In this document: one piece after another, positions 9,511 through 19,720 of the stretch | Layout: the number at the start of each line of letters is the position of its first letter | Position numbering within the stretch: the first letter of the stretch is position 1 | Source: Truepera sp. | GTDB lineage: Bacteria > Deinococcota > Deinococci > Deinococcales > Trueperaceae | Reading direction: 5' to 3' | NCBI GenBank assembly: GCA_965218435.1 | Contig: CBDCKW010000009.1 | Location: forward strand, 608,001 to 672,000 | DNA: 64,000 bases | Position numbers and translations under genes: made by a program | The notes under the pieces: generated by a model | Databases searched by the model: none | Told to the model about the DNA's origin: nothing | Seen by the model: only the letters and a program-made list of their open reading frames with translations

Positions 9511-9975
9511 TTAGATTTCATGATCGGCCGCAGCCAGCGCCGTGCGGTTCACCTGCGGCAGTAAAAACCCATGAACCGGCGGCAACCCCGTGACCGTCAC
9601 CCAGTCGCCCGCCGCGAGCGTGTCAGACAGTGGTGCAAAACTCCCGATGACGAGCGGCGCACCCGCGTCAATCACGATCATCCGGCCCTGCCGCAACACC
9701 ACGACGCCCCACGCTCTCAAGTGACTTGGGCCGAGGACAACCACTTTACGCACCTTTTCTTCAGCTGGCTCGACCTGCTCGGTGCTTAGAGACAAGATAA
9801 GTTTGGCGGGGCCGATAGGGGCGCTGTAGGGGCCGGTGCGCTCTAGCACGCCGAAGATCACCCCGGCGGCGCGGCACTCGAGCAGCGGACTCCCCTCGGT
9901 GTGCGCGAAGAGCGTAACGTCGGCGGCGTAGGGCCGCCACTGAGTGATAAAACTTTCGACCGACTCTTCGAACAT
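9511..9975 (-). CDS. Hypothetical protein
   Basis: 154 aa ORF, leaderless signature TAGACT-6 nt-ATG. Confidence 0.65.
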   Translation of the reverse strand: MFEESVESFITQWRPYAADVTLFAHTEGSPLLECRAAGVIFGVLERTGPYSAPIGPAKLILSLSTEQVEPAEEKVRKVVVLGPSHLRAWGVVVLRQGRMIVIDAGAPLVIGSFAPLSDTLAAGDWVTVTGLPPVHGFLLPQVNRTALAAADHEI

Positions 9976-10168
9976 GCGCTGAGTCTACCAAGCTGCCGAG
10001 CGCGGCGCTTGACTGCGGCTTAAGGCTTAAGGTGTAGCTTGCCCTCACGTATTCACCGCTGAGGACAGCTAAACGCGCCTTTGTCAAGGTGCCGGGACGC
10101 TGCGCCGAAACACCCTCGAGGTTTACCGGCGACTGGGCTGCTCCGGGCGCGTGTGCTAGAGTGAGCTA

Positions 10169-10195
10169 GTGAAGTCGCCTTTTGGCCCCGTCTAA
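10169..10195 (+). CDS. Candidate leaderless leader peptide MKSPFGPV
   Basis: Extended -10 TGnTAGAGT, 6 nt, then GTG AAG TCG CCT TTT GGC CCC GTC TAA. Confidence 0.45.
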   Translation: MKSPFGPV

Positions 10196-10201
10196 ACCGT
10201 C

Positions 10202-10226
10202 CCGCCGCTTGGCTGGGCGGATTTTT
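10202..10226 (+). terminator. Candidate attenuator/terminator hairpin in leader
   Basis: CCGCC-GCTTGGCTG-GGCGG then ATTTTT, 6 nt after the uORF stop. Confidence 0.5.
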
Positions 10227-10258
10227 GTGGTGTACGGTATCAGAGGGCGCAGGAGGAT

Positions 10259-10975
10259 ATGATGCTCGAGACCCTAAATCAGGTGCAGCAGCGCGACCTA
10301 GACCTCGACGCGCTTTTAGAAGAGCGGGGACAGACGCCGACGGAACTTACCCGTTTACGCGAACAGATCGCGCACCTTCAGGTTGAGCTGGCAGCCGCCG
10401 AAGTGCGTTACGGCGAGCTCCGCAAAGAGGTTTCGCGGGGTGAAATGGAGCTTAAAACCCTCGACGAGCGCCGTAAAAGTTCGGCGCAGGGGGCGCTCGA
10501 GGCTGCCACCGCCAAAGAAGCCGCGCAGTACCAAAACCAAGAGATGCAGTTTGCTACCCGTTACCAAGAACTCGAGGAAGATACCCTGCCGCTGATGGAA
10601 CGTTTGGAAGGCTTTGAGGAAGACGTCAACCGGTTACGCGGCGACATCGAGGATTTGGAACCCGAGCTCGAGAGCGCCGCCGAAGCCGAATCCGCCCGTG
10701 TCAAAGAGGTAGACGACCGGATCGAAACGCTCGTAGCCGAGCGTGAAAAGGTCGCTGAAGAAGTAGACGCTCCGCTCTTAAAACAGTATGAGCAGGTGCG
10801 CAAAGCGCGGCGCGGCGTCGGCCTCGTTGAGATTGTGGACAATCAGCGGTGCGGCGGCTGCAATGTGCGGCTGCCGATTCACGTCATTCAAAAGTCGCGG
10901 AGCGGCAAAGGCGTGACGCGTTGCCCGAGTTGCGGGCGGCTGCTCTGGGCAAAAGAGGCGCAGCCGACGAGCTAA
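10259..10975 (+). CDS. Coiled-coil protein with C4 zinc ribbon (DUF164/zf-RING_7, CT398-like)
   Basis: Long coiled coil, CGGCNVRLP...CPSCGRLL; AGGAGG SD (start could be 10262). Confidence 0.85.
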   Translation: MMLETLNQVQQRDLDLDALLEERGQTPTELTRLREQIAHLQVELAAAEVRYGELRKEVSRGEMELKTLDERRKSSAQGALEAATAKEAAQYQNQEMQFATRYQELEEDTLPLMERLEGFEEDVNRLRGDIEDLEPELESAAEAESARVKEVDDRIETLVAEREKVAEEVDAPLLKQYEQVRKARRGVGLVEIVDNQRCGGCNVRLPIHVIQKSRSGKGVTRCPSCGRLLWAKEAQPTS

Positions 10976-10981
10976 GCGGCG

Positions 10982-11894
10982 ATGCGTTACGCTGAACTGC
11001 TTTTGTACGGGCCTCATGACCTGCGCTGGACTGAGGGTAAGTTAGCGCCGCCTGGACCGAATGAGGTGTGGTTGGGGACCCTTGCCGGAAGTATAAGTGT
11101 CGGCACCGAAGGCCCGCTCTACCGGGGCGACGCACGCGGAGTCAGCCCATCTGTCTATCCGCTGATGACCGGCTACGAAAGTCTGGCCCAGGTCGTCCGT
11201 ACCGGAAAAAATGCAGACGTTCAGGTAGGCGAGAAGGTTGTCTCAACTTACGGTCACCGCACCGCCGCGTGCGTTTCGGCTGCTAAGCTGATGCGTGTGC
11301 CGGAAGGTATACCTGATGAAATTGCGCTTTTAGCTATTTTGGCGAACGACTCGAGTAGGGGCGTCGGCAAATTACACCTCAAACCTGAAGATACGGTGCT
11401 CATTACCGGAGCCGGAACGATAGGGTTGTTGGCGCTTTACCGTTTGCGCTGGTTGGGACTTCAAGTTGACGTCGTTGAACCCGAGCCGGAGCGGAGAAGG
11501 TTGGCGCTTACGTTGGGCGCACGAAACGTCTTTTCACCTGACGAACTTAAAGATGAGCTGTACGCCGCCGGGGTGGAGTGCTCGAGCACCCAAGCTGCTT
11601 TTGCTACCTTGCAACGTCATCTGCAACCGGGCGGTCAAGTGTGTTTTAGCGGACGGAAACCTCGAGCCGCTCATTCTGCTCCCTGAGTTCCACGCCCGCG
11701 AGTTGTCAATCGTCGCGTCGTCAGCTGGGGAAGATTATCCGGGCTATGCTCAGACTTTTTTCGAGTATTGGCTTGTAAATAAAGCGCCGTTGGGCAAGCT
11801 TTTCACCCTGCGGATTACGGCTGACGAACTCCCTGAAACGTTTGAAAAGCTGGCGATAGATAGGCCGATCAAAGTTTTTGTGGATTACCGGTGA
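10982..11894 (+). pseudogene. MDR/zinc-binding dehydrogenase family gene with one frameshift
   Basis: GSISVGTE, GYES, GAGTIG in frame 1; C-terminus (ADGNLEPLILLPEFHARELSI...PIKVFVDY) continues in another frame after GTGTGT at 11639-11644. Confidence 0.7.
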
Positions 11895-12418
11895 ACGCCC
11901 AAGTGCAACGTGCATATGCTAATGATTTGGGAGAGGTGTTGGACCTGTTCGATTCGGTGCAGGCTTGGCTCGTCGCCTGTGGTCTAAAAGAGCAGTGGGG
12001 TAGCGCACCGTTTTCGGTAGATGAAATGCAGCGGCGACGGTTTGCAGTTTGGATAAGAGCCGGACACTTCTTTCTGATAAAGCTCAATGGAGAAGTTGTC
12101 GGGACACTCGTTTTCAGTCCGGAACCGCCGGACTATGCCCGAAACGCTTGTGGTGAACGCGTTCCGGGTAGCTACCTCGAGGCGTTCGCCGTTCGCCGCG
12201 ACTACGCCGGACAAGGTGTCGGTACAACTCTGCTGAACTGGGCAGAGCATGAAGCTCTGAGTAGAGGCTCAGACATTCTCCGGCTCGACTGCTGGGCTGA
12301 AAATGAGGTTTTACGTTCGTACTACCGCCGCGCCGGATTCTCTGAGGCCGCTTTACTTATGCTTGGCGACTGGCACGGCGTCATGTTTGAAAAACGACTC
12401 AAAGCTCCGTCGCTTTAG
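11891..12418 (+). CDS. GNAT family N-acetyltransferase
   Basis: [28 protein letters not shown]. Confidence 0.85.
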   Translation: MNAQVQRAYANDLGEVLDLFDSVQAWLVACGLKEQWGSAPFSVDEMQRRRFAVWIRAGHFFLIKLNGEVVGTLVFSPEPPDYARNACGERVPGSYLEAFAVRRDYAGQGVGTTLLNWAEHEALSRGSDILRLDCWAENEVLRSYYRRAGFSEAALLMLGDWHGVMFEKRLKAPSL

Positions 12419-12833
12419 TCTCCGGCAGGGCTTCACGCAAAAACTTCACCACGTCTTGCGTGCTCGTCCCCGGCGTAAAAATCGTCGCCACGCCCATCGC
12501 TCTGAGTTTCGGCAAATCTTCATCCGGGACGATGCCGCCGCCGAAGACTAAAATGTCCTCGGCTCCACGGGCTCGCAGTTTGTCGGTCACTTCTTGAAAG
12601 TAGTGCAGGTGTGCGCCCGATAAAACCGACAAGCCCACTACGTCTACGTCTTCTTGGACGGCGGCCGAAACGATCATGTCGCTCGTCTGCCGGAGACCCG
12701 TATAAATGACTTCCATCCCGGCGTCGCGGAGGGCGCGGGCGATAACTTTTGCGCCCCGGTCGTGACCGTCTAAACCGGGTTTGGCGATCAAGATGCGGAG
12801 GGGACGAGGTTTGGTTTCTTCAGCTTGCGTCAT
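12399..12833 (-). CDS. Acyl-CoA mutase small, cobalamin-binding subunit (IcmB-like)
   Basis: [11 protein letters not shown]12-binding motif, [15 protein letters not shown]. Confidence 0.92.
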   Translation of the reverse strand: MTQAEETKPRPLRILIAKPGLDGHDRGAKVIARALRDAGMEVIYTGLRQTSDMIVSAAVQEDVDVVGLSVLSGAHLHYFQEVTDKLRARGAEDILVFGGGIVPDEDLPKLRAMGVATIFTPGTSTQDVVKFLREALPETKATEL

Positions 12834-14479
12834 CAGACGACCGCCGGTTCCAGGTAGCTGCCGTAAACCGTGCGGAGTACGTTCATCTGTTCACCTAACG
12901 TGCAGTAAGCGTGCGCACACGCCATAAATGCGGGCATGGTGTTTTGGCCCTCTTTGGCTGCTTTTTGCAGACTCTCGAGCGCGTCTCGCGCAGCTTGTGG
13001 GTCTCGTTCTCGGCGTACCTGCTCGAGCCGCTGCTGCTGCACCCTTTCTACTTCTGGGTCGAAAGGCAACAGCGGCGTCTCTTGAGCTTCCGAGACGAAG
13101 GCGTTGACCCCGACCGTCAGGCGTTCAGCGGTGTCGAACTCGCGCTGCTGCTGATACGACGCGTCGCCGATTTCAGCGGCAAAAAAACCTGCGTCAATCG
13201 CGGCTTCAACGCCGCCGAGGGCGTCAATTTGCTCAAAGTAGGCGAGACAGGCTCCCTCGAGCGAATCCGTCAGTGTCTCTAAATAGTACGAGCCCCCAAG
13301 TGGGTCGGCGGTGTTGCCGACGCCTGTTTCATAAGCGATCACCTGCTGCGTTCTAAGTGCAAGCGTTGCAGCTTCTTCCGTTGGGAGTGCTAGGGCTTCA
13401 TCGAACGAATCGGTATGAAGGCTGTTGGTCCCGCCCAGCACGCCCGCCAAAGCTTGAATAGCAACCCTGGCAATATTGACCTGCGGTTGCTGCGCCGTTA
13501 AAGAGACCCCAGCGGTCTGCGCGTGCGTCCGGAGCATCCAAGATCTAGGGTTTTTTGCGCCGTAAACCTCGCGCATTTGCCGCGCCCAAATCCGCCGCGC
13601 CGCCCGAAACTTGGCGATCTCTTCAAAAAAGTCGTTGTGGACGTTGAAGAAAAACGAGATGCGCGGCGCGAACTCATCTATGTCGAGGCCGCGCTCTAAC
13701 GCCTTGCGGACGTAGTGGATGCTGTCGGCAAGGGTAAACGCCAACTCTTGCACCGCTGTACTGCCCGCCTCACGGATGTGGTAGCCCGAGACCGAGATAA
13801 AGTTCCACTTCGGTACGTGCTTCGGCCCCCACTCGAAGGTGTCGATGACCAGCTCAACCGAGGGTGCGGGGGGAAAGATATACTCTTTTTGCGCGATAAA
13901 CTCTTTTAAGATGTCGTTTTGCAGCGTCCCGCCCACCTTGCCGAGGTCAGCACCGCGTTTTTCGGCGTTCGCCAAGTACATCGCCCAGATTGCGTTGGCG
14001 GGGCTGTTGATGGTCATCGAAGTGGTCACAGCTTCCACGTCAATGCCGTCAAAAAGTATTTCCATATCGGCCAAAGACGAGACCGCCACGCCCATCTTGC
14101 CGACCTCGCCCCGGGCCATCTCATCGTCGGCGTCGTAGCCCATCAGCGTCGGTAGATCAAACGCGGTTGAGAGTCCGGTTTGGCCTGCCGCTAAAAGCTT
14201 CTTAAACCGCGCGTTGGTCTGCGCGGCAGAACCAAACCCGGCAAACTGCCGCATCGTCCAGAGTTTGCTTCTATACATGCTCGCCTGGACGCCGCGCGTA
14301 TACGGGTACTCGCCAGGGTAACCGAGCTTCTCGTCCGGGTTAAAACCTTCTAGGTCTTCGTGGGTATAAACCGGCTCGACCGGAAGGTTTGAAAGTGTCC
14401 GAAACGGGTAAGGACGCTCAGGCACACGCAGGGTGGCGGCGCGGTAACTCGCCTCGAGCCACGCTTTTTTCGGTTTCAT
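12833..14479 (-). CDS. Acyl-CoA mutase large subunit, isobutyryl-CoA mutase-like (IcmA)
   Basis: [41 protein letters not shown]; leaderless TATACT-6 nt-ATG. Confidence 0.9.
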   Translation of the reverse strand: MKPKKAWLEASYRAATLRVPERPYPFRTLSNLPVEPVYTHEDLEGFNPDEKLGYPGEYPYTRGVQASMYRSKLWTMRQFAGFGSAAQTNARFKKLLAAGQTGLSTAFDLPTLMGYDADDEMARGEVGKMGVAVSSLADMEILFDGIDVEAVTTSMTINSPANAIWAMYLANAEKRGADLGKVGGTLQNDILKEFIAQKEYIFPPAPSVELVIDTFEWGPKHVPKWNFISVSGYHIREAGSTAVQELAFTLADSIHYVRKALERGLDIDEFAPRISFFFNVHNDFFEEIAKFRAARRIWARQMREVYGAKNPRSWMLRTHAQTAGVSLTAQQPQVNIARVAIQALAGVLGGTNSLHTDSFDEALALPTEEAATLALRTQQVIAYETGVGNTADPLGGSYYLETLTDSLEGACLAYFEQIDALGGVEAAIDAGFFAAEIGDASYQQQREFDTAERLTVGVNAFVSEAQETPLLPFDPEVERVQQQRLEQVRRERDPQAARDALESLQKAAKEGQNTMPAFMACAHAYCTLGEQMNVLRTVYGSYLEPAVV

Positions 14480-14523
14480 AAGGCTAGTATAGCGCCGCCG
14501 CGTTCTCTTTTGACCGTATAGAC

Positions 14524-15552
14524 CTAATTCGTGAAGGGTAGCCGGGTTACGGCCGCTTGTACCTGAGCTACCGTAAGCAGCTCGCCCGCTTCGATTTCGG
14601 TGCGAACACTGCCGAGCGCAATCACGCCCAACTGCGGATGTACCGCGACGCTCCCCAACCGTCCGACCGTTTTGCCGTCTTTTGTAAGGTCGCGTACGCC
14701 GGGATCGGGGAACGCCGTAAGTTTAAGTCCGACGAGCCGTCGCCGAACCTTGCCCCGCGCCTCGATTCGCGCCATGATCTCTTGGCCCAAGTAGCAGCCT
14801 TTACGGTACGAGAGCGCGTAGGTAAGCCCCGCTTCTTGTGGCAGTACGCCTTCGCCCCCTTCAAACTCTGCCTCGGCAATCCCGGCGGCGATACGGTGAG
14901 CTTCTAAAGCGTCTTCTCCGGCAAGTCCTGCCCGGGCGTCTTGCAGCGCCCCAACCAACGCTTCGGTGTCCCTGGTTAAAACATGCAGGTCAAACCCTCC
15001 GGCGCGGCTCCGGGCGACCGGGCTCACAAGCACCTTAGCTGAGGCGAACGGGACTTGAATAAAGGTGTCGGGTGCGGGTAATTCAGCGTTAAAAACCTTT
15101 TGCAACGCCTGTGCTGCCTTCTCGCCCTGAAGCGTCAGCGCGGTTAAGCTGCCCTCCAAGTTTTCAATCTCTACCTGGTCAAAGATGATATGGGCGCGTA
15201 GTCCAGCCTCGAGCCCCTCCGCACTACCCCCTTCGGGCGCGACGAAGAGGTCGTCGTCCCGGCGGTAGAGGCGCAGCAGCGCGAGGGCGTGGCCGCGAAT
15301 GTTGAGCCTCAAGGCGGCGCGGCCCTCACCGGGTTGCAGACGTTTGACCTCATTACTGACCTGGCCGTGGAGAAACTCGAGCCTGTCGTTTCCGGTCAAT
15401 CTGAGCGCACCTGTCCCGAGTAGCGGCACGAGACCTACAGTTTCCAGGCTGCCAAATTCGGCTGCAGGGTCGCCAAAGTTCCTGACGCGGCCCTCTTTAA
15501 GCTGTGCGCCTCTGTCTAGCCAAAGGTCGTTTTGCGTATCTGTCGTTGTCAT
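14524..15552 (-). CDS. ygfZ: Folate-binding Fe-S maturation protein, YgfZ/GcvT family
   Basis: KGCYLGQE signature, [10 protein letters not shown]. Confidence 0.88.
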   Translation of the reverse strand: MTTTDTQNDLWLDRGAQLKEGRVRNFGDPAAEFGSLETVGLVPLLGTGALRLTGNDRLEFLHGQVSNEVKRLQPGEGRAALRLNIRGHALALLRLYRRDDDLFVAPEGGSAEGLEAGLRAHIIFDQVEIENLEGSLTALTLQGEKAAQALQKVFNAELPAPDTFIQVPFASAKVLVSPVARSRAGGFDLHVLTRDTEALVGALQDARAGLAGEDALEAHRIAAGIAEAEFEGGEGVLPQEAGLTYALSYRKGCYLGQEIMARIEARGKVRRRLVGLKLTAFPDPGVRDLTKDGKTVGRLGSVAVHPQLGVIALGSVRTEIEAGELLTVAQVQAAVTRLPFTN

Positions 15553-15656
15553 ACGCTTTCATAGCACAGTTGCACGGACGTTTGACGTCACGCAAAACAC
15601 GGCTGGCTGCTCTGGTTTTTGGTGAGGTAGTGCCGGTACTTCGGTAAGCTTAAATC

Positions 15657-16574
15657 TTACTCCGAGTTCGACAAGCGGCCACCGCGCCAGCGGTAGAGCG
15701 CCCGTTGCCACGCCCGCTGCGTTGACGATCCGGCGTAGCGTTCGGCAAAGTCGGTGGCGGCTTGCTCGGAACCGACGTCGCGGCCGTACTGCTGTTTTAA
15801 GTAGTAGCGGTGATCCATAATCCACAAGTAGAGGTCGGCTTCGGTACGCCCCGGAAAGCGGCGCAAGACGCGGTGCTCACGGATTTCGTCGACGACGCGC
15901 AGGTAAAAGCGGTCGTACCACGAGCCCACCGCCTCTTCCCACGAGACCTCGCGCTGATACTTGAGGCCCAGGTAATACTGCCGGGTGCCGATGTGCTCGA
16001 GCAACACGTCATAACGGCCCGTTACGGTAAACAAAATCTCGTAGTGGCCGGGGCGCACCCGGTTCAGCTGCGTTTTTTCTAAAAAGTCGGCGTATTCACC
16101 CTTGATAATCACTTCTTTTAAGGTGTCCGCTGAGTTGGGCGGTACCGATACGCTCAGCTCGATGATCTCGGCGTCAATAAACTTCTGTCCGGCGTTACGG
16201 GCAACTGACACTCTATGGTGACCGTCTTTAACGAAGTAGACCTCGCCGACCTTATAGACGCTGATCGGCGGCAGCTCTTTGCCCTCGAGTCCCGCTTGCC
16301 GAATCCCGGCCCAACGCTCGACGGTGTGACCCACCCGGGGCAAAAAGTAGTGGTCGAAGTCGCGGTAACGGTCAACTGAGCCGACAATCTGCCCAATCGG
16401 AATCGGTTTGACGCCGCCGTAGCTTTCGCCTGCCGGATGCAAGTTTTTAACGGCGCTGAACGGCAGAAGTTCGTTAGGTATCCCCCGGAGGTTGTGCGTA
16501 ACGTTATGCCAAAACGCCCGACTCCGCGCCTTTTCTGCGTCTCGCCGTGCTCGGCGCTGGTATATTCCGTCCAC
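15657..16574 (-). CDS. ParB/Srx-like N-terminal domain protein with DUF4032-like C-terminus
   Basis: PPISVYKVGEVYFVKDGHHRVSVA; RTEADLYLWIMDHRYYL; GAGGGT SD before GTG. Confidence 0.75.
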   Translation of the reverse strand: MDGIYQRRARRDAEKARSRAFWHNVTHNLRGIPNELLPFSAVKNLHPAGESYGGVKPIPIGQIVGSVDRYRDFDHYFLPRVGHTVERWAGIRQAGLEGKELPPISVYKVGEVYFVKDGHHRVSVARNAGQKFIDAEIIELSVSVPPNSADTLKEVIIKGEYADFLEKTQLNRVRPGHYEILFTVTGRYDVLLEHIGTRQYYLGLKYQREVSWEEAVGSWYDRFYLRVVDEIREHRVLRRFPGRTEADLYLWIMDHRYYLKQQYGRDVGSEQAATDFAERYAGSSTQRAWQRALYRWRGGRLSNSE

Positions 16575-16838
16575 TGCACCCTCCTCTCTGCTGTAAGCGT
16601 AACTGGACTTTGTAAAGACTATGTGATGTGATTTGCCGCCACGTGCAGTTCAGCGCATGTTACCTACACCCTTATTATAGAGCACACCTATGCTCCCGGA
16701 GGTAGGGAAAAATGCCCTAAATATAGTGTGACAAGTCTTCCTGAAGCCTCACTTAAGGGTGCGCTGCAGATCAACGTGGGATTTTTACAGTGTTCGGCGG
16801 CGTGCGTAGGCCCGGTAGCTGCGGCCGGAGTCCAAAAG

Positions 16839-17477
16839 TCAAAGCTCGAGCACCGTAAACCCGAACGCGTTGACTACCCGGACGCCCGCGTCGGTCACAT
16901 ATTCGCGCGGCGCGTTGGCTCCGCTCAGGTGGACGTGGCCGTGAATATGCACTTTGGGTTTCCAGCGGTCGTCAAAACTGTTAAAGGCGCCGACCCCGCG
17001 GTGCGGGTAGTCCGCGCCTTCATGCGGGCCTCGGGGCGCGGCGTGGGTGAGTAAAATGTCAACGGCGCGGCCGTAACGCAGCTGATTGTAAAGGAGGCGC
17101 GGGGTCAGTTTTTGGGTCATCAGGCGCATCTGCAGTTCGGTGTATTGGTGGGGGCCGGGGCGGTAGCGCGGACTGCCTTCAATCCCGGCGATCAGCACGC
17201 CGCCGACCTCGAGCACCCGCTCATGCGCGTTGATGCAGCCTCCCGGCAAGCTGACCTGCTGCGCTGTTTCCGGGTCGTCACGCCGCACGTACTCTTCGCG
17301 GTGGTTGCCCAAAACGTACACCGGTTGGGTGTTGGTCAGGCGCGTGGCGACAAATTCCAAAAGGTAGCCCGGAATGTCCCCGGCGGAGAGCACCATGTCA
17401 AAGGACGGGAGGTTTTTAGGGAAATTTGCCGAATAGATAAACGGCGAAACCTCGTCGGCAATAGCCAAAATACGCAC
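16839..17477 (-). CDS. Calcineurin-like metallophosphoesterase
   Basis: IAD, AGD, GNH, THAAP, HGHVH motifs. Confidence 0.88.
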   Translation of the reverse strand: MRILAIADEVSPFIYSANFPKNLPSFDMVLSAGDIPGYLLEFVATRLTNTQPVYVLGNHREEYVRRDDPETAQQVSLPGGCINAHERVLEVGGVLIAGIEGSPRYRPGPHQYTELQMRLMTQKLTPRLLYNQLRYGRAVDILLTHAAPRGPHEGADYPHRGVGAFNSFDDRWKPKVHIHGHVHLSGANAPREYVTDAGVRVVNAFGFTVLEL

Positions 17478-17560
17478 AGGCGGTTATACCGTAAAATCTC
17501 AGAAAAAGTGTCTCGAGCCCTCATGTTGGACCCAGGATAAGTTTGCGCCTAAAAAGCCGC

Positions 17561-18659
17561 TCAGCTGCCCCCACGCTCCCGAGCACGCCACTCGAGCCCC
17601 GACCAGACCAACCCTTCGATGTCGCCGTCTAAGATATTGTCCGGGTCGTGCCGCATCTCGCCCGAGCGGTGGTCTTTGACGTACTGTTTATCGAGCACAT
17701 ACGAGCGAATCTGCGAGCCCCATTCGATAGCTTTTTGCTCGCCACGGGCGGCGGCCTGCTCGTCGCGGCGGCGGCGCTCCTCGCGTTCAAAAAGCCGCGA
17801 TTTCAGGACCGTCATCGCCTTTTCACGGTTTTTGATCTGCGATTTACCGTCTTGACACGTCACGACGATCTCGTCGGGCGTGCCCTGTTTGTAGACGACC
17901 CGCACCGCCGAGTCGGTGGTGTTGACCGATTGTCCGCCCGGTCCCGAAGAGCGGTACACGTCTACCCGGACATCTTTGGGGTCAACGGTCACGTCGCCCT
18001 CGTCGGCGATTTCCGGCATCACTTCAACGGAGGCGAACGAGGTGTGGCGGCGGTTTTGCGCGTCAAAAGGGGAGACCCGTACGAGCCGGTGAACGCCCGA
18101 CTCGACCTGCATCAGGCCGTAAGCGCGTTCGCCGCGGACAATCAGCTGCGCGTAATCCACCCCGTTCGGAGCCGAGTCGTTGCCCACGGCGTCCAAAAGT
18201 TCGACGTTCATCCCTTGGCGTTCGGCGTAACGGCGGTACATCCGCCAGAGCATCCCCGCCCAATCGGACGATTCGGTGCCGCCCGCCCCCGGTTTGATGG
18301 TCACAATCGCGGCGCTCTCGTCGTGACGGCCTGAAAATAAGGTTTCGCGGTACAAGGCGTCGAGGTCTTTTTGTAGCGCCGCTTGTTCGCTCCCAAGCTC
18401 TTCGGCCTCTTCTTCGGACGCGCCCTCTAAGAGCTCGGCCAACCCGGTAAGGTCGCCCTCGAGCCGCCGATACGTTTCGACTACGCGCGTGAGCCGCGCC
18501 GCCTCTTGCGTTACGGCCCGCGCCTCGTCAGGATCGTTCCACAACTCAGGGTCGTTTAGTTTAGGTTCTAGGTCTCGTAGCCGCGCCTCTTTGCCCGCGA
18601 CGTCAAAGATACCCCCGGAGGGCGTGAAGTTGGTTTTGCTGGTCGGTCAGGTTAAACAT
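17561..18659 (-). CDS. prfB: Peptide chain release factor 2 (programmed +1 frameshift)
   Basis: AAGGAG SD, ATG 18659, GGGGG-TAT-CTT-TGA-C slip site; SPF and GGQ motifs. Confidence 0.96.
18602..18616 (-). promoter_or_regulatory. prfB autoregulatory frameshift cassette
   Basis: Minus strand GGGGGTATCTTTGAC: internal SD, CTT-T slip, UGA. Confidence 0.93.
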
Positions 18660-18985
18660 CGGTGTCTCCTTTAGGGCTGCGCAGACGGCTCTACTCTTTA
18701 CGGCGCTGCGTACGCTTTTTGCGTCATGCACTGCCCAAAAGGTATGTTACCGTAAAGTTACAAGTTCGCGCGTTGTGTTTGGCTGACGGTTTAGGAACAA
18801 CAGACCAAGTAGCTTGTAGCCGCGTGCTTTGTGACGGCGCAGCACACGGGTCATCACAATATTCACGCAATTCACGTAACAGGAACTGCTGAGCTAGAGC
18901 CGCTGACGTCGGCTGCGAAGTGCAAGCTGAGTACGACCTGCAAAACGGACGCTGAGCGCGAGCGTAGAGGGACGGTGAATCACCT

Positions 18986-19720
18986 TTGCCGGAGGGACTA
19001 ACCTTATTAGATGTACTCGATATCTTGATTATCACCGTGGTGATCTATCAAGGGTACAAACTTTTTGTCGATTCGCGGGCGTGGAACGTGCTGCGTGGGT
19101 TTGCCTTTTTGCTGCTTTTGTGGCTTTTAGCGACGCGGCTTAACTTGGGGGCGACGCGCTGGATTTTCAACTACGCAGCCCCGGTCGCGCTTTTTGCGGT
19201 GATCGTGATCTTTCAACCCGAACTGCGGGCCGCTTTGGAGCGGGTCGGTCAAGGGCGGGGAACGCGGCCCGTCGAGCAAGACCCGGTGCCTGAAATTATG
19301 GCAGCGGTGCGTGAGTTAGCCGGGCAGCGGCGGGGGGCGCTCATCGCCATCGAACAAAAGGTACCGTTAGCCGAGTACGGCGCGGTCGGGTCCAGACTTA
19401 ATTCGCCGGTTTCAGCGGCGCTCTTACAGACCATTTTTGACTCGCGCGGCCCGCTGCACGACGGCGCGGTGCTGATTAAAGACGACACCATCACCTACGC
19501 GGGCGCGGTGTTTCCGCTGTCGGAAAGTCTCGAGGGTCTCTCTGCCAAACACGGCACCCGGCACCGGGCGGCGCTCGGTTTAGCCGAGGTCACCGACGCC
19601 CTCGTTCTCGTCGTCAGTGAAGAGCGGGGCAGCGTCTCGTACGGCAAAAACGGCGTGTTAAGGAGCGACGTCGCACCCGCTGAGGTGCTCCGGGCGTTGC
19701 GGGAGGCGTATGAGCGGTGA
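18986..19720 (+). CDS. cdaA: Diadenylate cyclase CdaA (DacA)
   Basis: Three N-terminal TM helices, IFQPELRAALE, PLHDGA and GTRHRAA catalytic motifs. Confidence 0.92.
   Translation: MPEGLTLLDVLDILIITVVIYQGYKLFVDSRAWNVLRGFAFLLLLWLLATRLNLGATRWIFNYAAPVALFAVIVIFQPELRAALERVGQGRGTRPVEQDPVPEIMAAVRELAGQRRGALIAIEQKVPLAEYGAVGSRLNSPVSAALLQTIFDSRGPLHDGAVLIKDDTITYAGAVFPLSESLEGLSAKHGTRHRAALGLAEVTDALVLVVSEERGSVSYGKNGVLRSDVAPAEVLRALREAYER

Noticed and set aside
10008..10140. MerR-type promoter or small RNA (TTGACT...CTTAAGGCTTAAG...TAGCTT)
   Set aside because: Spacing is atypical, there is no MerR gene nearby and no convincing structure or ORF follows
17561..18659. prfB as a pseudogene
   Set aside because: The in-frame UGA lies in the canonical programmed frameshift cassette
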